Below, in pieces: positions 29,101-42,913 of a stretch of 64,000 bases of DNA. Source of the DNA: Octopus vulgaris (Eukaryota). The translations under genes were made by a program, and so were the position numbers. Below the pieces are notes generated by a model. The model ran no database searches. It was not told the DNA's origin and saw only the letters and a program-made list of their open reading frames with translations. The stretch covers positions 75,888,001 to 75,952,000 of the forward strand of contig OX597826.1 of assembly GCA_951406725.2 (NCBI GenBank). The letters run 5' to 3'. The first letter of the stretch is position 1. Each line of letters starts with the position of its first letter.

Positions 29101-29934
29101 ATTCAATATCGTGCGATCGGTTCGACAAGATCGTCTCCTCTCGTCTCTTCTACAGAAATTTACAGTCTTTGAAATGCATGGGTTCCGTGTTGGTATGTCA
29201 CCAACCATTTCGGTATCGCTCTAAAAGAGCACGACGTGCTCAAAACCAACCGGGATAGTCAGTGGGGCTTCAGTTGGGAACTTGAAGAGGGCAGATCCAA
29301 GTTGTCCAACAACGTGGCGAGGTGCAGGACGAAATGGTTCAGTTGCCTGAAGGCCACGAAATCGTTTTGTATGCCCTCGTCCAAGGCCCGAGAATTGCTG
29401 ACTTATGTAGTTATATGGAACAGCTGCTACAAAGTGTAGGACGGGTCCCACAAGCGTCTGAGTCCATTTTACTCATCGCCTTTCTTTGACCAGGAAGAAC
29501 AATCGGTTTTTATCTGTCTGGTGGCCTTGGCCAAAGGTAGTTATGTGGTGATTAAGACTGAAAGGAGGGAAGACAGAAACCTTCCTCGTTGGCCAAACAC
29601 TCAACTTTTTCAAGTTACACTTGTGAAGCAAAATGAGAACGGAGAAGGAAGTGCTGCCTCCCAGCGTATTTGTTAAAAGATGAATGAGAATAGCGAGCAT
29701 GGTCCGAGTGAATGGAGCTACTCTGGACATGCGTTTGGAAAGAATTGCCAGGAGAGGACGCTTGACCTTAAGCTCAAGGTGGCTGGGTGACTATGTTTTT
29801 TGTGGGGTTTCTAAAGGTAAACTTCGCAGGTCTCTTCCACCTCTTGTTTACACGTGTTCTTATGTAATGCTACACTGTATCATCCTGGACTGTCCTCGAT
29901 CTTTTTTGTCAACCCTTATAGTTTATTAAAAAAG

Positions 29935-29970
<36 letters not shown>

Positions 29971-31219
29971 TATTATCATTATTTGTATTTGTATATACTT
30001 AATGTATACACACCATCGAAGGGCCAGTTACTGCAGTATTTGTTGTGACATAACATTTCTTGTGAATTTTCTGATATCTATTGGGTTTTTCACTAAGCAA
30101 ACCCCCAAGAGATGTTATCTCACGACATATACTGCTGTAGCTGACCTGGTGATAGTGTGTATGCATTAAGCATGATACATAGATGGATATTTTAATTAAA
30201 AACCGAGTCTACTGGATTATTATTATCAAGAAGAAGAGGAGTTGTGAATGTCAGAAACGATTTAGTGACGGTTCATATATGTTTATTTATAGCTTTAATC
30301 AGGAGGAGGGTTAATTGCTGGTCTTTTGGGATCACAACTTGAAGAAAAACCCAACTTGAAGAAATGCAAGCTGACATTAGCATAAAAAAAGCGTTGGCAG
30401 GGAAAATACCAAGGGAAATAAGGGTTAGTGCAGAGCTGGGTGAAAAGAAAAAAAAGTAAACTTATTCTACGGATATGTCCGTGGGGCACGGGTGAACACA
30501 CCATTCGGACTGGGATGTACAGTCTCATACTTCCCGCACTCATCCTTTTTTCTTTGCTTCATTTTTTCTCTTTTTCTTTGTTTCTTTGTCGAAGGAATTT
30601 GGAATTGCTTTTTCGGTAAATAATCCCTAGTTTCTCTTATATTTTTCTAAAGCAAAAGATCTCCATAATTTTTCGATAATCTAATTTTTTACATCTTTGT
30701 TTCTTTTAGTCAATTTATCTTTTTAATTAAAATTCCAAATAATTCTTTCTTTTATTTTCAAGTTCTTCTGTCATTTAATAATTCAACGTGTTCAATTTTA
30801 TTATTCTCCTTTCAGTATCTGCCAAGATGATCATCCATTCTCCGACCATGTCTCATGGTCATGCACCAGACATGCCTGCTTGATGCGACGAGATATGGTT
30901 GAAACCATCAACTATGGTCAATACGGGTAGGTAACTTCATTTACTTCGTTAGACTCACGAAAACTCTTCGATGACTGCTTTCTCCTTGGAATTCACCATG
31001 ATGGGGAATTTAACCTAGCAGATATAGAATTGTATATCATCGTTTCTTTCCTTCTCTCATTGTTCTCAGAATTGACTACACTGTGCTGTTAGAGATTTGA
31101 TGGAGACCACCAACAGTGTCTGTAATGTCAGAAAGGAGAGACGAAATTGCATCTCCAGAAAGAATCAGAAAAGCCATCCACATTCCAAGAGTTGGCGATT
31201 ACAGACCCTGATAACTATT

Positions 31220-31284
<65 letters not shown>

Positions 31285-31405
31285 CTCTCCCTCTTCCTCT
31301 CTCACACACATCTTTCTTTCTCTCTCCTCCTCTCTCTATCCTCCAATCACCTCTTTCCTCTTTCCTCCTCTCCCACTCTGCTCTCTTCCTCATTAGTTCT
31401 CCTTC

Positions 31406-31446
<41 letters not shown>

Positions 31447-31670
31447 GAGGTGGGTGCTGAAAAGTTTCTGCTTTTGGGCAAAAGGAAACACAGGAGGATC
31501 AGTAAATCGTGACTTTATCCAACATATTCCCTTCTCAGATTCACACACTTATTGTAGCGATCCTTCTGTTTTTCTAAGCCCTTTAAAGCAACTCGAAAGG
31601 TTGGACCTCCAACTAAGCCTTTGGCGATAACCTTAAAACCAGGAACTTTTCGGTACTCCACATATACATG

Positions 31671-31721
<51 letters not shown>

Positions 31722-34700
31722 GTTACACGTGATCACCATGATCGACCAGGTTATCAGATGTTGTTACACATCGCTGGTGACAATGCGCTTTTGCATTGTT
31801 TTGGCCTTCAAATGACGCCACCCTGTGAGATAGGTGAGCAGGCCAACAATCCCTCCTGATCGAAGGAGGACTGGAACAATGTGAAATGAAGTGTTTTGCT
31901 CAAGAACAAGACGCGCCCTCTGGTGAGGGAATCGAACCCACAGTCTAGCGATCGTGAGTTCAACAGCCAAACAACTAGGCCACGCGCTTTCATATATATA
32001 CTCTTTTACTTGTTTCAGTCATTTGACTGTGGCCATGCTGGAGCACCGCCTTTAGTCGAGCAAATCTACCCCAGTACCTAGTACTTATTCTATCGGTCTC
32101 TTTTGCCGAACCGCTAAGTTACGGGGACGTAAACACATCAGCATCGGTTGTCAAGCGATGTTGGGGGGACAAACACAGACACAAACGTATACACACACAT
32201 GCATATATATTATATATACACATATATGCATATATACGACGGGATTCTTTCAGTGTCCGTCAACCAAATCCACTCACAAGGCTTTGGTCGGCCCGAGGCT
32301 ATAGTAGAAGACACTTGCGCAAGGTGCCACGCAGTGGGACTAAACCCGGAATCATGTGGTTGGTAAACAAGCTACTTACTACACAGCCACTCCTACGCCT
32401 ACGCTTAGCGATATTCCGTCTGTCTTTACGTTCTGAGTTCAAATTCTGCAGCGGTCGACTTTGCCTTTCATCATTTCTCAATTAAACATTGGGATCGATG
32501 TAGTCGCCATACTTCCTTCCCCCAAATTGCTGGCGTTGTGGCAACATTCAAAATCAATATTGAATGTATATATATAACAGAAATCATCTAAATTCACTTG
32601 ATATTTCCCCAAACAATTTGAACATGTTTTAACGCAAATGAAAAAATGGTTAAACGGATGGAATCTGGAGAGCAGGAAATAAATAAACAACGAAAAAGCA
32701 ACATTTTGTTTCTATCAAAAAATGTGACCAAAATATTTTGAAATCGAACCTAACGATCTTGGATTGGGATGCTATCATTTTTACGGCAATTTTACGCAAA
32801 AATGTTTATAATTTATATCTACTCTCTTTTTTTATTATTTTTCCGTTTTTAGATGGAGGGCCAGCAACTATTCTTTCCTTCATGGTCTTACATTGGCTGA
32901 CGGAATCAAATACAGATTGGGAACCTTCCAACCCAGCAACCAAGTTTTCAGCATGTCAGCGTTGAAATCTCACCACGAAGATAGTCTTCCAGAATCATTC
33001 GATTCGAGACAAAGATGGCCAGGTCTCATATCTGACATCAGGGACCAAGGTGACTGTGGTTCTTCTTGGGCCTTGTCTACTGCAGGTAATGTTCCTTCAT
33101 TTTATGCGTGTATATGTATGTGCGTGTGTGTGTGTGTGTTTTATACGTATGGTGCAAACATTAGAAGACACAAAGACGTGGGGAAAAAAACAGAGTGTAT
33201 TAGGTTCACATTCAGGAAAAATAAAAGGAAAAGTCCTTTACATTTCGAGCCTACGCTCTTCTACAGAAGAAATAGACGAGGAAAGAGAAAAACACAAAGA
33301 GAAAAGAACAAACGTGCCTTAGTTAGACGGTCACCACATGCTGAAATGTATGTATGTATGTATGTATGTATGTATGTATGTATGTATGTATGTATGTATG
33401 TATGTATGTATGTATGTGTGTGCACGCTTGCGGGCGTTTGTATGATGCAACAGTTAAAAAACACGAAAACGAGATAAAAACAAACAGAATGTATTAGGTT
33501 TTCGCTCAGGAAAATTAGAAGGAAAAGTCCTTAACGTTTCAAATATGCTTTTCTTACGGAAGAGACGAGGAGAGAGAAAATTACAACGATAAAAGAACAA
33601 ACGTACCTCAGTTCGTATATACGTGCGTACAACGAAAGGTTTCTGCAGCTAGATATATGAGCCCCTTTTTTTTTTTTTTTTTTTGACATCTTTGTAAATG
33701 CGCAATCAGACTGATCTCTTACTCTCTTTACTCTTTTTACTCTTTTACTTGTTTCAGTCATTTGACTGCGGCCATGCTGGAGCACCGCCTTTAGTCGAGC
33801 AAATCGACCCCGGGACTTATTCTTTTGTAAGCCTAGTACTTATTCTATCGGTCTCTTTTGCCGAACCGCTAAGTGACGGGGACGTAAAAACACCAGCATC
33901 GGTTGTCAAGCAATGCTAGGGGAACAAACACAGACACACAAACACACACATACATACATACATATATATACACATATATATATACATATATACGATAGGC
34001 TTCTTTCAGTTTCCATCTACCAAATCCACTCACAAGGCATTGGTCGGCCCAAGGCTATAGCAGAAGACACTTGCCCAAGATGCCACGCAGTGGGACTGAA
34101 CCCAGAACCATGTGGTTGGTAGGCAAGCTACTTACCACACAGCCACTCCTGCGCCTATGTTCTATGTATGTATGTTTGTTCTTTTACAGCTATCGCTTCC
34201 GACAGACTCGCCATTGGATCCAACGGAAGAATAGTCAAAACACTATCCCCTCAACACCTACTTTCCTGCGTCGGAGGATCAAATAACAGCTGCGAAGGAG
34301 GCAACATTGACCAGGCATGGGGTTTCTTGCGAAGATACGGGTGAGGAAGTATTTCTTTTATCTTTTACTTATTCCACCCATGCTGGGGCACCGTCTGGAA
34401 GAATTTAGTCCCACAAATCTAACTCTTATTCTACTAAGTTTAGTATTCATTCTATTAAATTATGGGTACACAAACAAACCAATACTGGCTGTCAAGCGTT
34501 TGTAGGGTACAAACACAAAGACACACACATACACATACATACACACACATGCACACACACACACACACACACATACATACATACATATACAATATTACAT
34601 GTTACACACACACATATTCTTTCTTTTATTCTTTTACTTATTTCAGTCATTTGCCTGCAGCCATGCTGGAGCATCGCAGGACTTATTCTTGTTCGGTCAA

Positions 34701-35762
34701 TTTTGCCGAACCGCTAAGTTACCGGGATGTAAACATCAGCATCGGTTGTCAAGCGATGCTGGAGTGACAAATGCACACACATGCACACACACACATATAC
34801 ATATATATATACGACGGGCTTCTTTCACTTTCCGTCTACCAAATCCACTCACAAGGCTTTGGTGGGCCCGATGTTATAGTAGAAGACACTTGCCCAAGGT
34901 GCCACGCAGTGGGACTGAACCCGGAACCATGTGGTTGGTAAGCAAGTTACTTACCACACATATATGTATATATTATTATTATTATTGTCGTTGTTGTTGT
35001 TGTTGTCATTATATATATTTTGTGTTTCCGTAGTGGTGTCACGGAAGATTGTTATCCATACCAAGCAAGGACAGATCAATGTACCATTCCAAAACTGAGC
35101 TCTCCTGATATTTGCCCAAGTGGTAGAGTCTTCAAAGAACACATGAAATTCAAGATGACACCGCCATATCGTATCCGAAATGATGTGAGTATTCATAGTT
35201 GCTTGTATTCTTTTATTTGTTTGTTTCAGTCACGCTGGAGCACCGCCTTTAGTCGGAGGTGCTGATCGAGGAAGTTTCTTACACGTTTTTCATAATGAGG
35301 AGGTGCTCCATGTTGCACAAAGATTTTGGAAAGACGATATCGAAAATACGCCAGGTAACGCTCACCATTCATCGCCTCTCGTGGAATATGGAATGCACAA
35401 ATACCTGAAGACGATATCGCCGCTCAAATGACAAAAGAAAAGTGAACTGGCGTGCTTTTCCCAAACCAGTTCAGGGTCATCTTCTGAACAACAGAAGCAG
35501 TTATGGCGGTTGATGTGACCGGAAATACGGAAGGTCGCTTCATCAGAGAAAATGGGTAGATCAAAAAAAAATCAGGAATCTCTGGCTTCTGCCAGAGATT
35601 CTCTCTCAAAATTCGATACGTCGAATAATCAATGACATATAGAAATAATAACAGCATGCATCAAGAAACTACAGAACTAACAGACACATATAATTGGGAC
35701 ACATAAAGTTGGGGCACTAACTTTGGCCCACCCTTATATATATATTTATATATTTATTTATT

Positions 35763-35836
<74 letters not shown>

Positions 35837-36422
35837 GTAGGGTGGCCCAAAAGTAGGTTTACGGTTATTCAACTCTCTCTTTCGCATTTATATACTAAGA
35901 GTTTAGATCTTAATTTTAAAAAAAAATATGAAACCGTTATTCAGCAAGATGGAGCACTTCCACATTATGCGTTGACAGCAAGAGACTACCTTGACCAAGC
36001 CTTTCCACAGCATTGGTTTGGAAGACGGGGCAGCATGGAATGGTCTCCACGGTCACCTGACCAGACATCAATGGATTTCTTTTGGGGGTGGGGTGTTGTA
36101 AAGAACAAGGTTTATGAGAAGAATCCCCAAACAGTAAATGAATTAAAAGACTACATTTCTGACGCATTTCACTGAAATTGATGGAGATCGGAATTTGTGC
36201 CGCACTGTGTGTCAGAGTGTTCTGAAGAGGGTTGAAGAATGGTGTAATGTTGAAGGAGGACATTTTGAGCATCTGAGAGATTAAAAATTGTCTGTTTAAG
36301 ATGTGCATAAACAATGTGATTGTAAGACAGAAATTTATATGTAATAAAATCTTCTAAAAGAAATTTAAAGTGCCTACGTGATAACTGTAACTCTACTTTT
36401 GGGCCACTCTGTATATATATGC

Positions 36423-36488
<66 letters not shown>

Positions 36489-36550
36489 ATATATGTATAT
36501 ATATATATATCTATGTATATATGTATATATATATATATATATATTATGTA

Positions 36551-36597
<47 letters not shown>

Positions 36598-36707
36598 ATA
36601 TATGTATATATATATATATCTATGTATATATGTATATATATATATATATATAGATATATAGATATATTCATATATATATACATATATATATATATATAGA
36701 TATATTC

Positions 36708-36738
<31 letters not shown>

Positions 36739-36747
36739 GATACATTC

Positions 36748-36808
<61 letters not shown>

Positions 36809-36817
36809 GATATATTC

Positions 36818-36886
<69 letters not shown>

Positions 36887-39514
36887 TATGATCATGTTTT
36901 TATGGAGGTATCTATTCAGGTATGAATGAATGAAATGAATGGAAATAAGAGACAAGTAATTAATACACTGAATATATTTTTCTTCTTTTCAGGAACACAC
37001 GATTAAGAAGCAGATTTATGAAAATGGACCAGTACAAGGTAGGATTATGTTAGACATTATTCATATCAATGAATTTTTTTTTTATCTTCTGTTTATTGAT
37101 TGCATATTTGAACATGTGACTCACGCCTAAGCCTAAGTTTATTATTGACTGATGCTTGAACTTCAGTTTATTTCCTCATGCCCGAGCCTCAGTTTGTTGA
37201 TTTTCGTTTGGACTTCATTGTTCACTCATATTTGAACCTCAGTTCAACCTTAGCTAAAACCTTGTTGACTCCTGGTTGAAATATCAGTTTATTCATCGAT
37301 GCTTGAACTTCAGTGAATCATTAAAGCGTAAGACAAATGTTTCTGCTTTATGTTCCCTGGATCCTTGCGCTCTTCGTTCAAATCACGCCGAAGTCATCAT
37401 TGGTTTTCATCCTTTCAGTTTCGATAAAATAAAATAGCAGTCTAGGACAACAGTTCTCAACCGCAGCCCCCAGGACTGGAAGCCCTCAAAAATCCTTCCA
37501 ACAGTCTTCCCTATATAAATATAATAATTTTTTCTTTAATCAACTTGCGCATTACTTTTTGGCGCTGCCTCCTAAAAAGAATCGAGGTTTTGGGTGTAAG
37601 CCGGATATTAAAAGGGGTTGAGAACCGCTGGTCTACAGCGATGGCACGGTTGGATGCTCGGAGCATCAGAAGAGATGCCTTATGGTATTTTTCTGGCCGT
37701 TTGTGTTCTGACTTTTTGGATGATAAATTTAATCCATCGCCCGGTCTAAACACAACCACCTGGTTATTGAGTGCCTTTAACAGAGTCAATTCTGTAGCAA
37801 ACATTAGGACCAGCTCTTCAGCTTACAATAATTTTCTCACACAAGTCTCGGAAACCTGGACAAAATAAATGATCGTGGGTGCTGTCCCTCCCATCCTGAC
37901 CAAACGGTAAAAAGCGGTTCTTTTCTTCATTCTTTGTCTCCATTATACTTCTCTTTATTTCTTCTTATTTTATTTCTATTCTCTTGTTCTTCTCTTTCTG
38001 CAGCTATATTCAATGTGAAAGAAGACTTCTTTGTCTATAGATCCGGTGTCTATCGTCATGTCAACACGGTTACGAACCTACCTCAATCCTATCATCAAAC
38101 TGGCTCTCACTCGGTTAGAATAATCGGGTAAGTGATATAAAACTAGGCTACATTCCTTTTACGTATGCTAACATGTGACAATGAAAACAAGAAGAAAGAG
38201 TATTCCGGTTATGCGAGAGTATGACGTCTTCGTGTATAAAGGGTGTGAGCGTAGACAGGTTAATGTGTGTATATATATAAATATAAGATGTGTTTATTGC
38301 CGTGTGTGTATGTGGCCGAAAGCAAGCATAAGAAGCGGCTTGTATATATTTTATAACCTTAAATTCTATAATCTTAATTGTTCCTTAAATTTGAGAATCG
38401 AAAGGGATTGAGACAAAAGGTTTTCAGTTCTCTAGTTCCAAGAGATAAGAGTTTGGATATCAATGCTGCAATGTGTCGCGTGCAAAGACACTACCTTGTG
38501 ACATGTAATGGCGCACCACGTTTAACCGTAAACAGGTACCACGGCGATCAACTTCGAACAACTGTAAACGTGAGTGTGTGTGTACACTTCCTTCAGCCAT
38601 GTAACCACACACGTGCTTTTCTAGGGTTATTTTTTTCCTTCTCTCCGGGTCTTTCCTCTTTCCGATGAAGAGATATGCTCGAAACATTACATACTTCCTC
38701 TGTTTCCCATCTTAAGCCAAGCGTCAATCTAATACATTCACTGCGTACGTCTATTCACTTTTGTTGTTTTGTTTTTATTTTCGTTTCGATTTGTATATAT
38801 ATATATGTGTGTGTGTATGTATGTATGTATGTATGTATGTATGTATGTATGTATGTATGTATGTATGTATGTATGTATGCATGCATGCATGCATGTATGT
38901 ATGTATGTATGTATGTATGTATGCATGTATGTATGTATGTATGTATGTATGTATGTATGTATGTATGTATGTATGTATGTATGTATGTATGTATGCATGC
39001 ATGCATGTATGTATGTTTGTATGTATGCATGCATGTATGTATGTATGTATGTTTGTATGTATGTATGTATGTATGTATGCATGCATGTATGTATGTATGT
39101 ATGTATGTATGTATGTATGTATGTATGTATGTATGTATGTATGTATGTATGTATGTATGTATGTATGTATGTATGTATGTATGTATGTATGTATGTATGT
39201 ATGTATGTATGTATGTATGTATGTATGTATGAATGGTCAATTCAAAAAGACAAAGAATTAATAAGCAGAGATAAAAAAAGCGAACGTGAGATTGTGCACA
39301 AGATATATATTAATTTGACGTTCGGTGAAGGAAGAGATTTTTTGTTGACGTTTCGAACAGAGTTCTTCATCGGAAAGAGGAAAGTCCAAAGAGATAGAAG
39401 GAAAAATAAGGAAAAATCGCCACCAGTTCACGTGCGGTTGCATTTCTGAAGTGACCAGAAGTGGAAGGAGGAAGAGAAATTCGTTTATGGGACAGGAGAG
39501 TATGAAGATGGCCG

Positions 39515-39545
<31 letters not shown>

Positions 39546-39789
39546 AGCGTGTGTGTGGTAATGTGTGTGTATGTGTGTGCGGTAGTGTGTGTATGTATGG
39601 TAGTGCACATGTGTGTGTAACAGTAACTGCGTGTGTGTATATGGTAGTGTGTGTACGGGTGGTAGTGACTGTGTGTGTGTGTGTGTGTGGCAATAACTAT
39701 TCGTGTATACGCCGCTCTGAGAGGTCAATCATGAGTCAGCAGTTATAGTGAAAGGTGTGTCAATGGGTGTGTGTGTGTGTGTGTGTGTA

Positions 39790-39858
<69 letters not shown>

Positions 39859-42484
39859 ATGTTTCGTAGACGAAGTAGTCAATAGTGAGTGAGCAGCAGT
39901 CTGAAAGGTTTGTGAATGGGTGGGTGTGGCTGTGTGTGTCTGTGTGGCTCTGTTTGTGGGTATTCTGCGGGCGTGTGTGTGTGCATGTGTGTGTGCTGGA
40001 TGTGTACGTGTGTGTGTGTGCGCGGGGGTGGGGTGCTATGTAGTAAGGTGTGAGTGTGGTGTGTAATAGGTGTGAGGGGTGCGAGTGGGTGTGTGGGTGT
40101 GTAGTGTGTGTGATGTGTGGTAGGGTGTGTGTGGTGTGTGACAGGGTGTAAGGGGCGGGATGACAAGGGTATGTGCACGTTTGTCTTGTTATTAGTGTCT
40201 ATGTTTGTGGGTGTGTCAGCGTGTGTATATGCATATGCGCGTATGAGTGTGTGCGTGGGGGGGGGGGGCTTTATGTGGGTGTGGGTGTGGCCGTGCATGT
40301 GTATGTGTAAGAGCGGGTATGGAGGTGTGTGTGGGTGGGTGTGTATATATGAGTGTGATTTCATGCGAATGAAGGTGTGTACGTGTGAGTGTGTGGGTAC
40401 ATGAAAAAATAATTAAAAATACAAGTCAAAAAATAAAAACATGAGAAAACAAAGTAATATTAAAAAGAAAAAATAATACAAAATAAAAACTAAAAATCAT
40501 AAAAAAGGAAAAGGATTATATAAATAAGTCAGTAACAGATATAAATGAAAAACAAATAAAATAGAATAAAATGTTTTTTTTAAGGGATTGTGGGGAAGTC
40601 ACTGACAGGAGGGGGTCGTGTTGAATCTGAAAGGAGCGTGAGTACGTAGAGTGAAAATGTAACGCTGTTCAAGGCGGAATCTAGTGTTGGTAGATCCATG
40701 GTGTGGGACAAGGCCAAAGGCGGTGAGGTCTCGGGTGGAGTGGCCGGCCAAGGGAAAATGGCAAGCGACGGTTGTGTTCTTGCGTGGACGAACGTCTCGG
40801 AGGTGTCCGGTGAACCGGTCTGACCAACATGTTTGTGGGTGTGTCGGCGTGTGTATATGCATATGCGCGTATGAGTGTATCGGGGGCCTCTATGTGGGTG
40901 TGGCCGTGCATGTGTATGTGAATGAGTGTGTATGGAGGTGTGTGTGGGTGTGTCACCTGGCAGAAACGTTAGCACGCCGGGCGAAATGCTAAGCGGTATT
41001 TCGTCTGCCGTTACGTTGTGAGTTCAAATTCCGCCGAGGTCGACTTTGCCTTTCATCCTTTCGGGGTCGATAAATTAAGTACCAGTTACGCACTGGGGTC
41101 GATGTAATCGACTTAATACCTATGTCTGTCCTTGTTTGTCCCTTCTGTGTTTAGCCCCTTGTGGGTAATAAAGAAATAGATCTGACCAACATAAAGTCTA
41201 TTGCAAAGATTACACCTGATGCAGTAAATAAGGTTTGAAGAAGTGCAGGAGAAGGTGTTCGTAATGTAGAGGGTGTGCTAGTTGGATCCAGCAAGGGATG
41301 TGGTGTTGGTGATGAAGAACAGGTGTGGAAACGGGGTCTGGAGCAAGGGGAGGATCCGGGTTGGGCGGGAATGGAGGAGAAGAGGGAGCTACGAACCAGG
41401 ACATCACGTAGGTTACGGACGCGTTTGAAGGAGGGCAAGGGTGGGTTGGGGGCATAGGGAGGGTGGTGAGATCTAGCTGGAGACGACGGAAGATCGACTT
41501 CGCCTTTTATCCTTACGGAGTCAATAAAATAAGTACCAATCGAGTTCTGGGGTCAATGTAATTAACTGGTTCAATCCCCACAAATTCCTGACTTGGTACT
41601 TATAGTAGAAAGAATTATCATCAAGACTGGAAGATCGGCAGAATCGGTAAAGAACCAGAGGAATTGCCTTTTATATGATTCCGGCCCTTTTCGTTCATGT
41701 TGGAATCCTACTGAGATGGACATGACATTCCATCCTTCCGGGTTTTCACAAAATTTCTGATTTTGCATCTATTTTAGAAACAGCTGTTATTATCTTCATT
41801 TACATATTTACTATCATAACTATTATGACAATAATATATATCACGAGCAAAACGCCCCTCCCCCCTCGTCCAATGGACGGTGCTGAGTTATCAAACATTT
41901 AAACCAAATTTTCTCAAAACAACTTGTCCGACCATCCCATAAGCCTCCCCTTTGAGAAACACTGATTTAACCTAAATTTGAGACACCGTGCATTTTTCTC
42001 GCGTACACGTAATATCGATCGCAACAGCCGATGTACTTGCGCGTACAAATGCACGTTCCCACGGCTTTAATCAATCGCATTCTCACCTGGAATCGATTTT
42101 TGTAATTTTTTTCAAGACTTATACACGCCCTGATACCGTCGGTATCTACATATCAAATTTGAGCGCAATTTGATGGAGGATTATCATAATATATTTCACT
42201 TCCTTGCTTTTTATTCCTATTTTCATGTTTAAAATAAGAAAATTTGATTTTAATTTTCTCCCTTTTTTTTCCAGATGGGGTGTTGACTATTCCAATGGAT
42301 TCCGAACAAAATACTGGGTAAGTGAGAATATCCGTGGTAGTTGTGGATATTGTAGTTGAACATCACAGCTACCGATCTTGCAGACCTATGATTAAAAGTA
42401 TTCTATAGACTTGAAATTTCAGTCTCAGTGTAGCAGGACTACATCATACAATGTAGTCTACGTTTTTTTAAACTTCCGAAAAAT

Positions 42485-42548
<64 letters not shown>

Positions 42549-42854
42549 TAGTTGAGTGAATTATCCTAGTATGGATAATTCGGTTAACCGATACCCGGGT
42601 AGCAAATTTACGTCAGAAAACACGGTTGAAGCTACATGCCAAGGGCAGAAATCACGTGCTTTCGTGAGGAAATTTGTGTGTTTTTTTACTATAAATAAAT
42701 GAAAGAATGGAGTTGAACGACGATTTAACAAAATTCCTTTATTCTCGACATATGTTTCGAAGACTGCATATTCTTAATTCCGAAGAATAAAGGAATTTGT
42801 CGTATGTCGAGAATAAAGGAATTTTGTTAAATCGTCGTTCAACTCCATTCTTTC

Positions 42855-42913
<59 letters not shown>

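Noticed and set aside
32893-33477. The 194-aa ORF as a complete gene
   Set aside because: Only 32853-33085 is exonic; the remainder is intron read-through into repeats
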